Positions 8,024 to 10,064 of a stretch of 10,064 bases of DNA are shown here, in pieces. Made by a program: the position numbers and the translations under genes. This DNA is from Octopus sinensis. Taxonomy: Eukaryota. The stretch lies in NCBI RefSeq assembly GCF_006345805.1, contig NW_021827489.1:1-10064 (forward strand). Direction: 5' to 3'. Under the pieces are notes generated by a model. The model worked only from the letters and a program-made list of their open reading frames with translations, made no database searches and was not told the origin of the DNA. Each line of letters begins with the position of its first letter. Position 1 is the first letter of the stretch.

Positions 8024-8490
8024 ATATATATATATATACACATATATATATATATGCATCTATATGTATAATTGTTATACAAATAACAAAATTACATGTA
8101 TGCATATATGTATAGAAACACACACACACACTCATATATGTATAGTATAATATATATATATATATACACATAGAGAGAGAGAGAGAGAGAAAAGAGAAAG
8201 AGATAAAAAGAGAGATAGAGAGTGGTATATATGCACATACGCATGTGAGTATGAATGCGTGATTGTATATGTACGTGTGTTTGTGTATATCAAACTATGC
8301 TGTGAAATGATTATAGCAAATGAACCCACGCATACGCCTACAGAATATCCGACATGTTTATATACATTTATGCATACAGCTATACCCGCTATACATACAC
8401 ATATACACATACATATATACATACATATATACATATATACATATATATATATAATATATATACGCACACACACGCAATATATATAGATAT
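7450..8490. repeat. Compound (ACAT)n/(AC)n/(AT)n/(AG)n low-complexity region
   Basis: AC/ACAT at about 7450-7790 and 8385-8490, long (AT)n runs at about 7800-8165, (AG)n at about 8170-8222. Confidence 0.93.
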
Positions 8491-8571
8491 ATATCTTTAT
8501 TTATTATGACTAATACTGATTTCAAATAATGGAATAATTCTTTGTATTACGTGTCGTCAACCATAATATAT

Positions 8572-8625
8572 TTCGTCGGACTGATGAGCTTTATTAAGAG
8601 AAATACTAACGGTGTATTTAATGAG
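8572..8625 (+). ncRNA. Degenerate type I hammerhead-ribozyme-like motif
   Basis: CTGATGA 8581-8587; stem II GCTT-TATT-AAGA; GAAA 8600-8603; stem III ATAC-TAACG-GTGT; GUA cleavage triplet 8614-8616; stem I 8572-8580 with 8617-8625 (4 Watson-Crick pairs, 4 G-U, 1 mismatch). The G10.1-C11.1 pair is replaced by G-A. Confidence 0.4.
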
Positions 8626-9168
8626 CGCATGTTTCATCTACATCTGTTTTCGACGCTAAAACACGAACACCCAAAATATTTTCGATTACTTTCTCACTTC
8701 AACCTTTCTTTTCTCCTACCTTAAACCTACTCTGCACCTGTAAGGTCACCTAACTACTGCATTGCCACAATGGCTCGTCACGCTACTGCTCACAACACCA
8801 CAAACCTCTTCCCCGTCGGTGCTATGGTTCTTCTTTTGAGCCGGCTCATCAGAACTCCGCCAGTTCTATATCACATAACCCTAAGGTTTTTATTTGCTGT
8901 TTATGCATTATTATCATTTCGTTGTCTTCGTGTGGCCTTAAGCTTTTATTCTGTTTATTGTTTTGTCCCTTGTTTCGGTATGTTTTGGTCCCCCTCCCGG
9001 CAGGTATCTTGCCGGTGCCTCCAGGGTGGAAGCAATATTATCGATAATGACCGAAATTGCGCTTGACTCTATGGCCAATAACTGAATAGGAGTTGGTGTA
9101 TTTCGTTCGTCTGTGATTTAGTATAAGTTCGTATATCTATTTACTACACGTGTTTTTAAAAATTATGC

Positions 9169-9211
<43 letters not shown>

Positions 9212-9228
9212 GTATATATATACATACA
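9169..9228. repeat. (AT)n microsatellite
   Basis: About 19 perfect AT units followed by ATAC units. Confidence 0.96.
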
Positions 9229-10064
9229 TACAGGTATATAACAGATATGAAAAGAGTAATTTGCACTATGTTAAGCGAAAAAATATAGATTAAATCGAAA
9301 TATGACATGAAATATACAACGTAAAGTATAAAATTTCAATAGAGAAATTCATATAGTCAGAGTGAATAAATGCGTTCGAGCGGTACAGACGACGTCAGAA
9401 CTAAATTGCTGAAGTATTTTATGCTAATATTCATAGATATGTGATGGTGGCGGTGGAAATATGGTGTATGTCGTTGTATGAATTACGAAGAATAGTACCT
9501 GCGTGGGAAGTGTTAAGCAGCAGGTCGGGAAATCTCGAGTAGCAGGATGTGTGATAGGTTACAAATTATAGGTTACAAATCCTAAAGTTTGAAATACATT
9601 TTGCTGTCACAAAAAATATTGTTTATGTGGTGTCAGTTAAACGTGGGAGTTTGGGAAGAAAGAATTTGAATACTGCGGTATGTAAAGAGTGCCAATAAAA
9701 GCGAGCTTTTTCTTATCTGTTGTGTAATTTAGATACGCTTCTCCATTCTAAGTTAGTCTATTGTTCATTTCTAAGCTTCGAATACACGCAGTAACTAAAA
9801 AGCAAGTGACATTTCTTTTACTTGTTTCGAAACTTGTATGTATGCTGGTTGGTGCTGAATTTAAATGGATTTGGAATTCAAACAAATATATACATCTCAT
9901 GCATTATTCAGTTAAGGGAGGTTGATGGGACGATATTTTGAGCAAAGTTGGATGTAGTAGAGTTAGTGATTTTTATAGTATCTTCATTAAAACTTCTTTA
10001 ATCTCTGGACAAGGTGTTTAAATAATTTGCAGAAAAGTTTCATAACGGGTTAGCCATCCCTAAA

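Noticed and set aside
8838-8852. Minus-strand CTGATGAG overlapping the palindrome GAGCCGGCTC
   Set aside because: No GAAA follows the stem, so the hammerhead core is incomplete.
9006-9047. Peptide ILPVPPGWKQYYR resembling the start of a WW domain
   Set aside because: A stop follows at once; the aromatic doublet at correct spacing and the second Trp are missing.
1-10064. CRISPR array, operon or other prokaryotic/viral system
   Set aside because: No regularly spaced direct repeats with unique spacers, no dense coding, and composition is typical of an animal genome.

Overview
Eukaryotic, AT-rich, microsatellite-saturated DNA, most likely intronic or intergenic sequence from an octopus. That assignment rests on my recollection of the very abundant octopus tRNA-derived SINE at 4885-5300 and on the simple-repeat density; I ran no database search. 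Roughly half the window is di-, tri- and tetranucleotide repeat, and most ORFs in the supplied track are translation artefacts of those repeats. I cannot name any protein-coding gene. There are no prokaryotic features, CRISPR array, rRNA or intact tRNA. Supported elements: a partially dimeric tRNA-type SINE inside a (GAT)n array, a local duplication of a 54-bp unique segment plus its (GATA)n tract, and a candidate exon with strong splice sites (20-151). Weaker candidates: two more possible exons, a possible decayed LINE 5' end, and a CpG-rich promoter-like patch. The most interesting observations are a degenerate type I hammerhead-ribozyme-like fold at 8572-8625 and complementary microsatellite blocks in inverted orientation that could form long dsRNA if transcribed. 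I do not see solid evidence of a new biological system.
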